A DNA stretch of 64,000 nucleotides from a virus. Lineage: Duplodnaviria > Heunggongvirae > Uroviricota > Caudoviricetes. The stretch lies in IMG/VR virus record IMGVR_UViG_2911215477_000001, positions 38,486 to 102,485 of that record; one strand, written 5' to 3'. The notes below the pieces were generated by a model. The model ran no database searches, was not told the DNA's origin, and saw nothing but the letters and a program-made list of their open reading frames with translations. Below are positions 1 through 8,873 of the stretch, piece after piece (position 1 is the first letter of the stretch; every line of letters begins with the position of its first letter). A program made the position numbers and the translations under genes.

Positions 1-130
1 TTTCTTCCTATTTCGAGCCGGGTCTTCATTCCGGGATCAACGTAACTCTGAGCCGGGTATAATTCTCTACAGTAGCCCTTTAGTTATTAGTCCTGTAGAA
101 ACTAAAGAACTACGGTAAATAGAGGGAAAT

Positions 131-412
131 TCACGCCGGCTCCAGCGGTTCGATTCCCATAAGACGGAACCCTAGATCAGTGGGTTTCAGCAGTGACCGG
201 CTCCGGCTCCTGCGTATCTCCTTCCCATCCCGGATCACGTAGCCCTCTTCCAGCATGGGACGCAGCGTGCAGTGCATGCTCGCCTTCGACGTGACCCAGC
301 CGTACTGCACGACCAGGCTCTCAAGCAGCTGGTCGATGTCCAGGACGCTCCCATCGGGATTACCCCGGCACAGAAGCGTCATCACCTGTAGCTGCCGATT
401 CGTCATCTTCAT
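131..412 (-). CDS. small winged-HTH-like DNA-binding protein (start MKMTNRQ; ATGA overlap with upstream stop)
   Basis: ORF 131..454 trimmed to the ATG overlapping the upstream TGA; helix-rich, basic C-terminus; last gene of the coupled leftward operon. Confidence 0.45.
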   Translation of the reverse strand: MKMTNRQLQVMTLLCRGNPDGSVLDIDQLLESLVVQYGWVTSKASMHCTLRPMLEEGYVIRDGKEIRRSRSRSLLKPTDLGFRLMGIEPLEPA

Positions 413-1278
413 GGCAGGTTCTCCAATTTCAGCGGTTCGTCCGGACGCTGCCAATCGAAGGCTGCCAGAGGCAACCTGGTCGGGATCTCGCGTCCGTGAT
501 CAGGGTTTAGGTAGAAGCCATACATGGGCTGGGAGAACGCCAACTGGTTGAGGTTCTTCAGCAGCTCACGCGCCGGCATTGCGTCCACACGGGTCGTGCC
601 GTTCTCGCGGTTCTTGCCGGTCTTCTCCAGGCTGGAATGCTTGAAGTAGAACGTGCGCAGGTCGCTCAGGGCACGCTCCCTGTACGCTTCTGGCATCTTC
701 TCCAGCTCTTCGAGCAGTGCGACTTGATCGACAGGGTTGGAATCGAACCAGCGCGCATACAGACGCGATGCGGGGTCTTTCAGCTTCGGGGGTTCGGGCT
801 CGACGAACTGGAACCCAGCTCGATGAGCAAACTGGTTGAACTTCGACATGGACGACTGGATCTCGCACACACGCCGGCCATCAATGCGGGCAGCCAGGTT
901 GAGCATGCGGTATCCCACGCCCACGCCTCGGAACATGGTGTCGTTGACCGTGCGAGCGTTCAGCCCGAAGGTCCGGTTCAACCACTTGTAGCGGTAGGTG
1001 TTGGTGAGCTTGGTGTCCTGACCATCCGGTTTGATGTTCGGGAACGCCTTGTGACGGTCCCTGAGCAGCCCGCGTGGGTAGCACATGACGCACACACCCA
1101 CCAGGCGCGAGCCGATGCTCACGCGGTAGTAGCGAGCGCCCATGACGTGCCCTTCCGACTTGTAGTGGAACTCGTGCAGCTGAGCCCAGTCCTCGGCGGT
1201 GCCTGGCTCGATCACCATCTCGTGCAGCATCGGGAACGCGGGGCGTGCCGTGTCGTCGCGGGTTGCAATCCAGGTCAT
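409..1278 (-). CDS. GNAT-fold acyl-CoA N-acyltransferase-like protein with C-terminal extension
   Basis: Motif-A-like TVNDTMFRGVGVGYRML and preceding beta strands; start MTWIATR overlaps the upstream stop (gcATGAcc). Confidence 0.5.
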   Translation of the reverse strand: MTWIATRDDTARPAFPMLHEMVIEPGTAEDWAQLHEFHYKSEGHVMGARYYRVSIGSRLVGVCVMCYPRGLLRDRHKAFPNIKPDGQDTKLTNTYRYKWLNRTFGLNARTVNDTMFRGVGVGYRMLNLAARIDGRRVCEIQSSMSKFNQFAHRAGFQFVEPEPPKLKDPASRLYARWFDSNPVDQVALLEELEKMPEAYRERALSDLRTFYFKHSSLEKTGKNRENGTTRVDAMPARELLKNLNQLAFSQPMYGFYLNPDHGREIPTRLPLAAFDWQRPDEPLKLENLP

Positions 1279-1922
1279 GCCGGCAGCCACTCGTACTTGG
1301 TCAGGTCCACACGCTCGCCGTAGAGCTTCTCCACGGTGAGGGTCGGCCCGAGATACTTGGTCAGGTCCGTGTGCGTCGTCGCCACGACCAGGGTTGCACC
1401 ACGGGTGCGGGCAGCCTTGGAGATGTTGAACGCCACGATCTTGGCGGTCTCGCGGTCCAGCACGGCTGCGAACTCGTCAGCCACCCAGACATTCGCGCCC
1501 GACTCCAGCACTTTGGCTAGGCGGAAGCGGTAACGCTGACCATCGGACAGCTCAGAAGGCTTTCGCACCCATACGTAGGCGTCGTTCAAGCCGGCCTGGC
1601 TCATCAGCTCCAGTGCCTCGCGGGTGTCCGAGCCGATCTGATCAACCAGCGGGACATCCAGGAGGGGCACCTCGTCGATGGAGATGACGTTCTTGCCACC
1701 CTCGCGCAGCTGCTGGGCCACGTCGCGGAGCAACAGGGACTTGCCCGAGCCGGACTGGCCCGTGATGTAGAGGATGTCGCCGTCGTTGACCTCGATCTCC
1801 AGGTCTTCGTAGATCACAAAGCGCTTGTCGGAAAGACCGAGCCCAAAGGACTCGGCCACTTCCAACACGCGGCTGGATTTCTCAACGCGGGTGTCGAAGG
1901 ACTTGTTAACCCGCAGCAGCAT
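1275..1922 (-). CDS. soluble ABC-type ATPase (no TM domain)
   Basis: Walker A GQSGSGKS, ABC signature LSDGQRYR, Walker B VWVADEF, H-loop TTHTD; RBS GAGG. Confidence 0.6.
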   Translation of the reverse strand: MLLRVNKSFDTRVEKSSRVLEVAESFGLGLSDKRFVIYEDLEIEVNDGDILYITGQSGSGKSLLLRDVAQQLREGGKNVISIDEVPLLDVPLVDQIGSDTREALELMSQAGLNDAYVWVRKPSELSDGQRYRFRLAKVLESGANVWVADEFAAVLDRETAKIVAFNISKAARTRGATLVVATTHTDLTKYLGPTLTVEKLYGERVDLTKYEWLPA

Positions 1923-2601
1923 GGCCAGCCTCGATGTCCAGCATCAGCTCCTGGACGAACGCACCGAACGCTTCCCCACCCTTCTTGCCGGTCTTCATCT
2001 CGGCCTGGCCCTGGAATCGCGCCAGAGCACGCTCAAACGCGACAGGAAGCGCGCTGAAGCCCAGCACATGATTCACTGCGATGAACTGCGAGCGCTCTTC
2101 TGCGGGCTTCTCAGACGTGATGGTGACGGACGTGGTGCGGGCAGCTTCGATAGCGCCCACGAGGGACGAGGTATCGACTTCAGCCAGGTCGGTGAACAGG
2201 AACTCCAGCTCCTTGTCGTCGAAGCCGATGGTCTCCAGTTCGAAGCCTTCGTCCTTCAGCGAGTGCAGTTCGCTGTTGATCATGTCCACGTCGAAGTCAC
2301 CGAGGGCGACACGGTTGTCCGAGAGGCGCGCAGCCTTGGTCTGTGCCGGGGTCAGGTCACTGCGGACGATGACCGGGACTTCCTTCAGACCCAGATGGAT
2401 CGAAGCCAGGCGACGACCGTGGCCCTTGATGATCACGCCATCGGCGTCCACCACGATGGGCACGTCAAAGCCCTGGGTCTGGATGACCTTCGCCAGCGCC
2501 TCGACCTGGGCCGAGGTGTGGATCTTGGGGTTCTTGTCGTAGGGCTTGATGCGATCAATGGCCCACGATTCGATAGTTGGTTTGTACGGCTTCCCTGCCA
2601 T
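1906..2601 (-). CDS. ParB-like nuclease domain protein
   Basis: ParB N-terminal-domain motif IIKGHGRRLA, KP..K.H; start re-called at MAGKPYK with RBS CAGGAGC. Confidence 0.6.
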   Translation of the reverse strand: MAGKPYKPTIESWAIDRIKPYDKNPKIHTSAQVEALAKVIQTQGFDVPIVVDADGVIIKGHGRRLASIHLGLKEVPVIVRSDLTPAQTKAARLSDNRVALGDFDVDMINSELHSLKDEGFELETIGFDDKELEFLFTDLAEVDTSSLVGAIEAARTTSVTITSEKPAEERSQFIAVNHVLGFSALPVAFERALARFQGQAEMKTGKKGGEAFGAFVQELMLDIEAGHAAAG

Positions 2602-2614
2602 AACAGCTCCTGAG

Positions 2615-3274
2615 TTAATCCTTCTGGCTCCAGTTGGAGCAGAGATAGACGAGTGCGTCGCCGGCATTGGCCAGGGAGTCCTGTCCCGTAAAGCCCTGCC
2701 GCTTCATCACCGCCTCCATGATTCGGGTCACACGATCCGCGTCTTCGAGGGGAACCTTGAAGCGCATCATCTGGTGCGTCTGAGGTGCCGACGTCACCTC
2801 ATCCATCGGGCTGGGCTCCTCGGGTTTGGAGAAGCTCAGATCGAGTTCCAGGTCCAGCGAGTCCAGGTCGATGGAATCGCTCTGGAAGATCTCTTTGAGG
2901 TCGTTGTCGCTGAAGGGCATGAACTCGGTCACGTCGCCTTCGATGTCCTTGAGCAGGCTCGACAGCTTCAGCGTGTCTTCCAGCCCGTAGTGACGGTTAT
3001 CGACAACGGCAATCTCCTTCGCACGCTTGTCGTCAATCGGACCAAGGTTGTAGACGTCGATCTGGTCGTAGCCGATGGCAATCGCTGCGCGGGTCGTGTG
3101 CTCGCCGGCAATGACTTCCAGCTCGCCTGTCGGTAGCTCGCGCACAACGACGGGGCGGAACAGACCATTGCGGCGAATGCTCTCTTCCAGTCGTCGCTGG
3201 TTGTCCGGGGAGACGTGATTCGCGTTCCACGGACTGAATTGCAGATTTTTTGGATCAACGCACTGCGTTTTCAC
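2615..3274 (-). CDS. ParB-like N-terminal domain protein with acidic C-terminus
   Basis: EVIAGEHTTRAA ParB-like motif; first gene after the divergent promoter motif at 3285. Confidence 0.5.
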   Translation of the reverse strand: MKTQCVDPKNLQFSPWNANHVSPDNQRRLEESIRRNGLFRPVVVRELPTGELEVIAGEHTTRAAIAIGYDQIDVYNLGPIDDKRAKEIAVVDNRHYGLEDTLKLSSLLKDIEGDVTEFMPFSDNDLKEIFQSDSIDLDSLDLELDLSFSKPEEPSPMDEVTSAPQTHQMMRFKVPLEDADRVTRIMEAVMKRQGFTGQDSLANAGDALVYLCSNWSQKD

Positions 3275-3284
3275 TCAAACGTCC

Positions 3285-3308
3285 TGTATAATATGTATGT
3301 CCATACAT
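3285..3308. promoter_or_regulatory. family-A motif TGTATAATATGTATGTCCATACAT (extended -10 plus palindrome) in a divergent intergenic region
   Basis: TGTATAAT followed by a GTATG..CATAC inverted repeat; between minus gene 3274 and plus gene 3345. Confidence 0.5.
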
Positions 3309-3344
3309 AGTCTAAGGCTTATAGGGAAGCGCCACAAGGCAAAC

Positions 3345-4850
3345 ATGAACGTCAAGATCGCAATGAATGCGGTCGTCGCCAAGCTGATCACGGATGATCG
3401 CGAACTGAAGCTGGCTGTATCCGACCTCCTCTCCTACAACGTCGCGGGCGCTGAGCACTCTCAGTCGTTCCAGACGGGCGGTTGGTCGGGTCGTTCCACT
3501 CTCTTCAGCTATGGCACTTCGACCTTCCCTGCTGGCCTGGTCAGCATGGTCTACACCTGGCTGAAGCAGAAGGGCTACAACCCGCAGCTCATCCGGAAGC
3601 CTGCCCCTGAACCTCTGGGCAAGCCCGAACCCATCGTCAACGAGTTCGGCAAGTCCGAGGCATACGACTACCAGTACGAGGCTGTCCGGCAGCTCATCCG
3701 TCACCGCGCCATCATCGCCCAGGTCGCAACGGGCGGTGGTAAGTCGAACATCGCCTCCATCGCGGTGGGCTGGATCAAGCGCCCGACCCTCTTCCTGACG
3801 ACGCGCAAGGTGCTCATGCACCAGATGAAGCGCACGTTCCAGAAGTCGCTGAAGTGGCGCGCTCGCAACGGTGAGCCCGAGATGGCCGGCGTGAAGGTCG
3901 GTGTCATGGGCGACAGCGAGTTCAACCCTCGCAAGCACATCAACGTCGGCATGGTGCAGACCATCATGGCCAAGCTGACGTCGGACGACCCGAAGGTGGT
4001 CGCCCAGATGAAGGCAATCCTCGCCATGTTCGAATTCGTGATCCTCGAAGAGGCCCACGAGTCCAGCGGTGGCGGCTACTACGAGATCATGGGCAACTGC
4101 ACCAACGCCCACTATCGCCTGGCGCTGACGGCTACCCCGTTCATGCGTGAGGACGAAGAAGCGAACATGCGCTTGATGGCGTGTTCGGGACCGATCGCCA
4201 TCCACATCACGGAGAAGATGCTGATCGACCGTGGCGTGCTTGCCCGGCCCGAGTTCAAGTTCATCACGCCTCCGCAGAGCCAGAAGGTCCGTCGCAACAG
4301 CGACTGGCAGCGCTCCTACAACTACGGGATCGTCAACAACGAGGCTCGCAACGGGATCATCATCGCGGAATCGACGCGAGCTGCCCGTAACAGCCTGTCC
4401 GTGATGATTCTGGTGCAGCGCCAGGAGCACGGCAACAACCTGGAAGCCCAGCTCAAGGAAGCCGGTGTCCGCGCCCGCTTCATCTTCGGTAAGTCCGAGC
4501 AGGACGAGCGCGACGAAGCCCTCGCCTCCCTGATGTCCGGTGAGCTTCAGGTGCTGATCGGCTCGACCATCCTCGACGTGGGTGTGGACGTGCCGGCAGT
4601 GGGCATGGTGATCCTCGCAGGCGGTGGCAAGGCGGAAGTCGCCCTTCGTCAGCGCATCGGTCGAGGACTGCGAAAGAAGCCTGCTGGCATGCCGAACGTC
4701 GCCTACATCATCGACTTCATGGATGCCATCAACAAACACCTGGTCGGTCATGCCGCCCAGCGTCGTCAGATCATCGAATCCACCCCTGGATTCGCGGAAA
4801 ACATCCTGCCTTCTGGCAGGGACTTCAGCTTTACCTACAAACTCAAGTGA
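3345..4850 (+). CDS. SF2 DEAD/DEAH-box DNA helicase
   Basis: Walker A ATGGGKS, DEAH-like LEEAHE, SAT-like LTATP, motif VI QRIGRGLR. The ORF-track start MSIH is the promoter palindrome read as coding, so the start was moved to MNVKIAM. Confidence 0.8.
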   Translation: MNVKIAMNAVVAKLITDDRELKLAVSDLLSYNVAGAEHSQSFQTGGWSGRSTLFSYGTSTFPAGLVSMVYTWLKQKGYNPQLIRKPAPEPLGKPEPIVNEFGKSEAYDYQYEAVRQLIRHRAIIAQVATGGGKSNIASIAVGWIKRPTLFLTTRKVLMHQMKRTFQKSLKWRARNGEPEMAGVKVGVMGDSEFNPRKHINVGMVQTIMAKLTSDDPKVVAQMKAILAMFEFVILEEAHESSGGGYYEIMGNCTNAHYRLALTATPFMREDEEANMRLMACSGPIAIHITEKMLIDRGVLARPEFKFITPPQSQKVRRNSDWQRSYNYGIVNNEARNGIIIAESTRAARNSLSVMILVQRQEHGNNLEAQLKEAGVRARFIFGKSEQDERDEALASLMSGELQVLIGSTILDVGVDVPAVGMVILAGGGKAEVALRQRIGRGLRKKPAGMPNVAYIIDFMDAINKHLVGHAAQRRQIIESTPGFAENILPSGRDFSFTYKLK

Positions 4851-4858
4851 GGAAGAAC

Positions 4859-5170
4859 ATGGAACAGAAGATCGAGACCCAGAGCGAGCGCAAGACCCTG
4901 ATGGTGGACGAGAAGACCTACGACAAGGTGTCGGCGGCTGCCAAGCGTGGCGGTTCCGGTGTCACCCGTGGTGTCGTGGTCGCCGCCCTGATCGACCTGG
5001 TGGGTCAGGACCAGCTGGATCGCAAGCTGGCCGAAATCGCTGCCGAGGCGAAGGCTGCCCGCGAGAAGAAGTCCGAGCAGCGCTCCAAGCTGTCGGAGCT
5101 GGCCGAGGTGCTGAGCCCGGCTGAGATCGAAGCCCTGCTGCGCCAGGCGCGTCAGCGTCAGGGCAGTTAA
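4859..5170 (+). CDS. hypothetical coiled/Ala-rich small protein
   Basis: RBS GAGGAAG before ATG; charged helical composition. Confidence 0.4.
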   Translation: MEQKIETQSERKTLMVDEKTYDKVSAAAKRGGSGVTRGVVVAALIDLVGQDQLDRKLAEIAAEAKAAREKKSEQRSKLSELAEVLSPAEIEALLRQARQRQGS

Positions 5171-5200
5171 CGTCTCTTGAACTTGGGGTTTTGCGCGTGC

Positions 5201-5224
5201 TGTATAATATGTATGCGCATACAT
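5201..5224. promoter_or_regulatory. family-A motif TGTATAATATGTATGCGCATACAT
   Basis: Near-identical to the 3285 copy; upstream of the lysin gene. Confidence 0.5.
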
Positions 5225-5261
5225 CACGCGCATCACCCCAAGCAACAAGAGGCAATATGTT

Positions 5262-5744
5262 TTGGTATCTACACTCTCTTTCCTTCTACGGACTGCCGTA
5301 GCGCTCACCTCCCTCAATCCCCAACCTACGCAGGCTGAAATGCACTGCATGTCCGTCACCGCATACGCTGAAGCTCGCGGTGAAGGTGTTGAAGGGATGG
5401 CCCTGGTGGTCGAATCCCTCCTCCAACGAAAGCAGATGACCGGGCAGGACGCCTGCTCCATCGCCAATCGCTACTACGACGGCTTCAAACTGATGAAGCG
5501 TCGCCCCTCTCCAGCCAAAACGGATACCGAGAACTGGATCCGTGCAAGCGCAGTCACCGCGCTCACCGTCAATGGCGCCATCAACCTGGGCAGCTGCTCG
5601 GGCGCAACCCACTTCTATCGCAAGCTTCCAGGTCGCCGGGCACCCTACTGGGCCAAGCCGGAGCATCGCGTGTGCAAGTTGGGCAACCACATCGCCTATC
5701 GCTACGTCATGCGCCCCGCTGTGCAAGGTCAGGTTGCAGGGTGA
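5262..5744 (+). CDS. SleB-type cell wall hydrolase (putative endolysin), TTG start
   Basis: AYAEARGEGVEGMALV matches the cell-wall-hydrolase (SleB) family motif; RBS AAGAGG; N-terminal hydrophobic segment. Confidence 0.6.
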   Translation: MVSTLSFLLRTAVALTSLNPQPTQAEMHCMSVTAYAEARGEGVEGMALVVESLLQRKQMTGQDACSIANRYYDGFKLMKRRPSPAKTDTENWIRASAVTALTVNGAINLGSCSGATHFYRKLPGRRAPYWAKPEHRVCKLGNHIAYRYVMRPAVQGQVAG

Positions 5745-5807
5745 ACGCATAGGGAGGGGTAACACCCCTTCCTAGACTGCGCTTACCACAACAACGGAGA
5801 CACCCAG

Positions 5808-6302
5808 ATGCCAAGGAAGGCTAAGGGCAACAAGAAAGACCAGGCACCACCCAAGCCTGTCAGCATCATCACGCTCCGGTCGAGCAGTCGCGGGTATCAC
5901 ACCGAGGCTTTGCTGTGGGCCAGCCAGGAAGACATGATCCGCGCCCTCAGTGTCTACAGTGCAACGCCGGCCAACGTCGGGGCTGCGTTCGTAGGCTTCT
6001 CGCGCAAGGAGAAGAAGGCCAAGTGGGGCAAGCTGCCCTCCAGCGCTCTCCTGGGCGAGTTCCACTTCTACGTGGGCGGCTGGGACATCGAAATCGTTTC
6101 GCACGAAGTCACCCATTCCGCCATCCATCGCATGCGTGTGCTCGACCCCGATGGTGAGGATGTCCTGGACGATGGCGTTGCTGCTGACGGGGAGCCCCTG
6201 GAAGAAGTGATCGCCTACGAGTCGGGCTTCTGGACGAGCGACATCCATCGCTGGCTGTCTACGACTGATCCAACTGAACGCCCGGTTGATCACGGGCGCT
6301 AA
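5808..6302 (+). CDS. hypothetical protein
   Basis: RBS GGAGA; basic N-terminus; no recognisable domain. Confidence 0.45.
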   Translation: MPRKAKGNKKDQAPPKPVSIITLRSSSRGYHTEALLWASQEDMIRALSVYSATPANVGAAFVGFSRKEKKAKWGKLPSSALLGEFHFYVGGWDIEIVSHEVTHSAIHRMRVLDPDGEDVLDDGVAADGEPLEEVIAYESGFWTSDIHRWLSTTDPTERPVDHGR

Positions 6303-6356
6303 CGTAAGTATCCACATACGTATAATGTAAAGACACCAACAAGGAGCAACACCGCA

Positions 6357-6740
6357 ATGGAACTGCAGCATTACATCGGCGTCGCGATCTTCCTGATCGT
6401 GCTCATCCTCATCTTCCGTCCGAAGGTGGGCAAGCACGAAGAGAAGATCACCGTCGCCACCTACGACATCGCTGTGCCCGACGTCCCGGCATACGCCGAC
6501 TTCGAACAGTTCGCCTACGGTCGCAAGGCCGGCGAGTCCGAGAACCTGGGCGAAGTGGCCAGCATGTTCATCAACCTGATCGAGGAAGATCTGCCGGCAC
6601 GTCCGTCGCAGGACAACCCGATCCGCGTCCTGATCCGTCGCCACGGTGAAGACGTGAGTCCCGTGGAGCTGTTCATTGCTCCCACCCCGATGGGCGTGGG
6701 CGGTGGCATCGGTTTCCATCCGGTGAAGCAGATCCGCTAA
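6357..6740 (+). CDS. membrane protein (N-terminal TM helix)
   Basis: RBS AAGGAG; IGVAIFLIVLILIF hydrophobic helix. Confidence 0.45.
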   Translation: MELQHYIGVAIFLIVLILIFRPKVGKHEEKITVATYDIAVPDVPAYADFEQFAYGRKAGESENLGEVASMFINLIEEDLPARPSQDNPIRVLIRRHGEDVSPVELFIAPTPMGVGGGIGFHPVKQIR

Positions 6741-6762
6741 GCGTCAACCAAGACGCTCTATA

Positions 6763-6795
6763 GAAAAGGCCGGGAAATTCCCCGGCCTTTTTTGT
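6763..6795. terminator. bidirectional rho-independent terminator
   Basis: GGCCGGG-aaattc-CCCGGCC hairpin flanked by an A-tract and a T-tract, between convergent genes. Confidence 0.75.
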
Positions 6796-6798
6796 GGC

Positions 6799-7161
6799 TC
6801 ACAGACAGGCTTCTGCTTCGCCTCGTCGCTTGGAGAAGGAGCTGATCGAGGGAAGCGTGCGCATCGCAACCTCCGTGCCCGTAGCCGACTTCGTGGCAGA
6901 GAGCGTGCTCAGCACCTGGCCCTGCGCACCCGTGCCGGGATTGGGCATCACCAGCGTCCGGTCGTCACCGTTGGGCACGATATGCGCGAACGTGTTCTCT
7001 TCCATCCACTTGGGCTGGACGCACTCAAGATAGGTCTGGGGCGACTTGTCCGTGTGCGCAGTGAACAACGGCTTGCGCTGCTGGATCTCTCCGTAGGACA
7101 CGCAACCCGTCAGCAGGCTACCGATCACAGCGAACGCCACCAATCCCATCTTCAGCTTCAT
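6799..7161 (-). CDS. lipoprotein (signal peptide with LTGC lipobox)
   Basis: MKLKMGLVAFAVIGSLLTGC; RBS AGGAG 5 nt before ATG. Confidence 0.55.
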   Translation of the reverse strand: MKLKMGLVAFAVIGSLLTGCVSYGEIQQRKPLFTAHTDKSPQTYLECVQPKWMEENTFAHIVPNGDDRTLVMPNPGTGAQGQVLSTLSATKSATGTEVAMRTLPSISSFSKRRGEAEACL

Positions 7162-7234
7162 CACCACTCCTGAGTTCTGTTCTATGTAGTTCTATTTTAT
7201 CGACGCGGTGCATTGCCACCGGGTCGTTCCGTCT

Positions 7235-7260
7235 GTGTATGTACGCGCATACGTATAATC
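7235..7260. promoter_or_regulatory. family-A motif GTGTATGTACGCGCATACGTATAATC
   Basis: Palindrome GTATGTACGCGCATAC plus TATAAT, upstream of the XRE regulator. Confidence 0.5.
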
Positions 7261-7287
7261 AATACATACGAACGCACAGAGAGAGCC

Positions 7288-7659
7288 ATGACGGAAGAAG
7301 CCCCTACCCCGCGAAACAGCAAAGCCGATCAGGAGGCAGTAGCTGACGCCCTGGTCGATCAGCTGCACAACACGATTCGCACCCAGATCGCTCGACGCAA
7401 GATCCGAGTAGCCGACATCGCAAGAAATTATGGCTGCTCACAGGTCTATATCTTCAACCTGTTGAAGAACAAGGAAAACGTATCCCTGCGCGTCTTGGGC
7501 AAGCTCGCCCTGGCGATGGGACTGCAGGTGACGCTCGCCTTTGCACCCATCGAAGGCTGGGAAGACCGCGACAACGACATCCCCGGCACGTCGGGCCGAG
7601 ACCTCGACTCCATCGACCTGGACAACGAGATCCAGGAACTGCTCAGGAACTTCGCATGA
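7288..7659 (+). CDS. XRE-family HTH transcriptional regulator
   Basis: ADIARNYGCSQVYIFNLLKNKENVSLRVLGKLALAMG helix-turn-helix; start re-called at MTEEAP. Confidence 0.6.
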   Translation: MTEEAPTPRNSKADQEAVADALVDQLHNTIRTQIARRKIRVADIARNYGCSQVYIFNLLKNKENVSLRVLGKLALAMGLQVTLAFAPIEGWEDRDNDIPGTSGRDLDSIDLDNEIQELLRNFA

Positions 7660-8237
7660 TCACGCACATCACCATCGTCGTCGCCGTAGATCGCAAGATG
7701 GGCATCGGGAAGGACAACGCCCTGCCCTGGCCCCGTCTGTCCAACGACATGAAGCGATTCCGGGCTATCACGCAGGAGATCGGCACGGTCGTCATGGGCA
7801 AGAACACTGCCCTGTCGCTGGGCAAGCCTCTGGACGGTCGCATCAACTACGTCCTCTCGCGCACGAACCCCGAGCTGCCCGAGGGCTTCATCGTGGTCGA
7901 GTCGGTGGACGAGCTGGACGAGCTGCACCAGGGTCCGATTGCAGTGATCGGCGGCGCTCAGGTCTATGACGAGTTCTTGCCCGTTGCGGACGAGCTGAAG
8001 ATCACCTGGGTCCACGAGGAGTTCGACTGCGACACACGCCTGCACCTAGCTCCCGAGTTCCTGGAGCGCTTCCACATGACGGAGCAGGATCACCGGCCAC
8101 CGAATCCGGGTTCGACGATCCAGCTGACCTTCGAGAGCTACCGCTACGCCACCTCCCCCAATGCTGAGGGCGAGTTCGTGGATATGGGACCGCTCTCCGG
8201 AGATCCGGTCGAGTTGCTCAAGTCCTGGGCAGCATAG
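7656..8237 (+). CDS. folA: dihydrofolate reductase
   Basis: VAVDRKMGIGKDNALPW..L, VMGKNT, IGGAQVY DHFR motifs; ATGA coupling; C-terminus longer than typical. Confidence 0.75.
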   Translation: MITHITIVVAVDRKMGIGKDNALPWPRLSNDMKRFRAITQEIGTVVMGKNTALSLGKPLDGRINYVLSRTNPELPEGFIVVESVDELDELHQGPIAVIGGAQVYDEFLPVADELKITWVHEEFDCDTRLHLAPEFLERFHMTEQDHRPPNPGSTIQLTFESYRYATSPNAEGEFVDMGPLSGDPVELLKSWAA

Positions 8238-8575
8238 TCATCAGCGAGGTCTACCAGCTCCCGGACAAGCGCCGGGACTGGTGCCCTCTTGTAACGCTCT
8301 GGAAGCTCACGCCAGGTCCGTAGAAGCTCTCCGAGATCCAGATCCTCCCTAGGGAACACCAGCATCCCCCGACCGTCACAGACGGCGCACCGTCCGCCCT
8401 GCTCACCGTGGCATGGTCCACACGGGATGCACACCCAGAACCGTCTCCCGATGAAGACGCCCTTCCCACAGTGGAAGCACACGGCCCCTTCCTGATCCAT
8501 CGAGACACACCGCCCATAGCAGTTGTCGCAGAAGGCAGGTGGCCCCAGCAGGTAGTAGTTCACTCTCCGTCCCAT
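8144..8575 (-). CDS. Cys-rich protein with DnaJ-type CxxCxGxG zinc-finger repeats
   Basis: CFHCGKG, CAVCDGRG, CIPCGPC repeats; 3' end overlaps the DHFR 3' end by about 94 nt. Confidence 0.4.
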   Translation of the reverse strand: MGRRVNYYLLGPPAFCDNCYGRCVSMDQEGAVCFHCGKGVFIGRRFWVCIPCGPCHGEQGGRCAVCDGRGMLVFPREDLDLGELLRTWRELPERYKRAPVPALVRELVDLADDYAAQDLSNSTGSPESGPISTNSPSALGEVA

Positions 8576-8620
8576 GTGCGAAGGGTAAGCCTGCCCTGTC
8601 TCAATCTGCGAGCGTCACCT

Positions 8621-8755
8621 GGTCGCCTGTATAAGGACAGCCTGGTCGGTGGTCGCCAGCGGTAGGTCAGCCGGTCAATGGGTCGGTTGGTCTCCGGTCG
8701 CCTGTATAAGGACTGCCGGGAACCTGGTGCCGGGGTGCCTGTATAAGGTTACGTG
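8621..8755. repeat. three direct repeats of GCCTGTATAAGG (two as the 18-mer GGTCGCCTGTATAAGGAC)
   Basis: Copies at about 8624, 8698 and 8737 upstream of the Cys-rich gene. Confidence 0.6.
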
Positions 8756-8810
8756 GAAATCGTCGCACTTCGGAGGCATCCGGCTGGCGATGTTGCGCGA
8801 TTTCTAGGAC

Positions 8811-8850
8811 TTCGAAAACGAAAAAGTGAGCTAGATTTCTCTAGCTCACT
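8811..8850 (-). terminator. rho-independent terminator for gene 8874..9467
   Basis: AGTGAGCTAG-atttct-CTAGCTCACT perfect hairpin followed on the minus strand by TTTTTCGTTTTCG. Confidence 0.7.
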
Positions 8851-8873
8851 CTCTCATTGTTTGCTTTGTTCGC

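Noticed and set aside
131-155. GGTTCGATTCC T-loop-like sequence suggesting a tRNA or tRNA-derived att site
   Set aside because: Flanking bases cannot form a T-stem (only 2 bp), and no acceptor, D or anticodon arms fit. The match falls inside a CDS on the opposite strand.
3312-4751. 479-aa minus-strand ORF antisense to the helicase gene
   Set aside because: The ORF lies entirely inside the well-supported helicase CDS and translates to a low-complexity R/G/A/D-rich sequence, typical of GC-rich antisense frames. It has no RBS.
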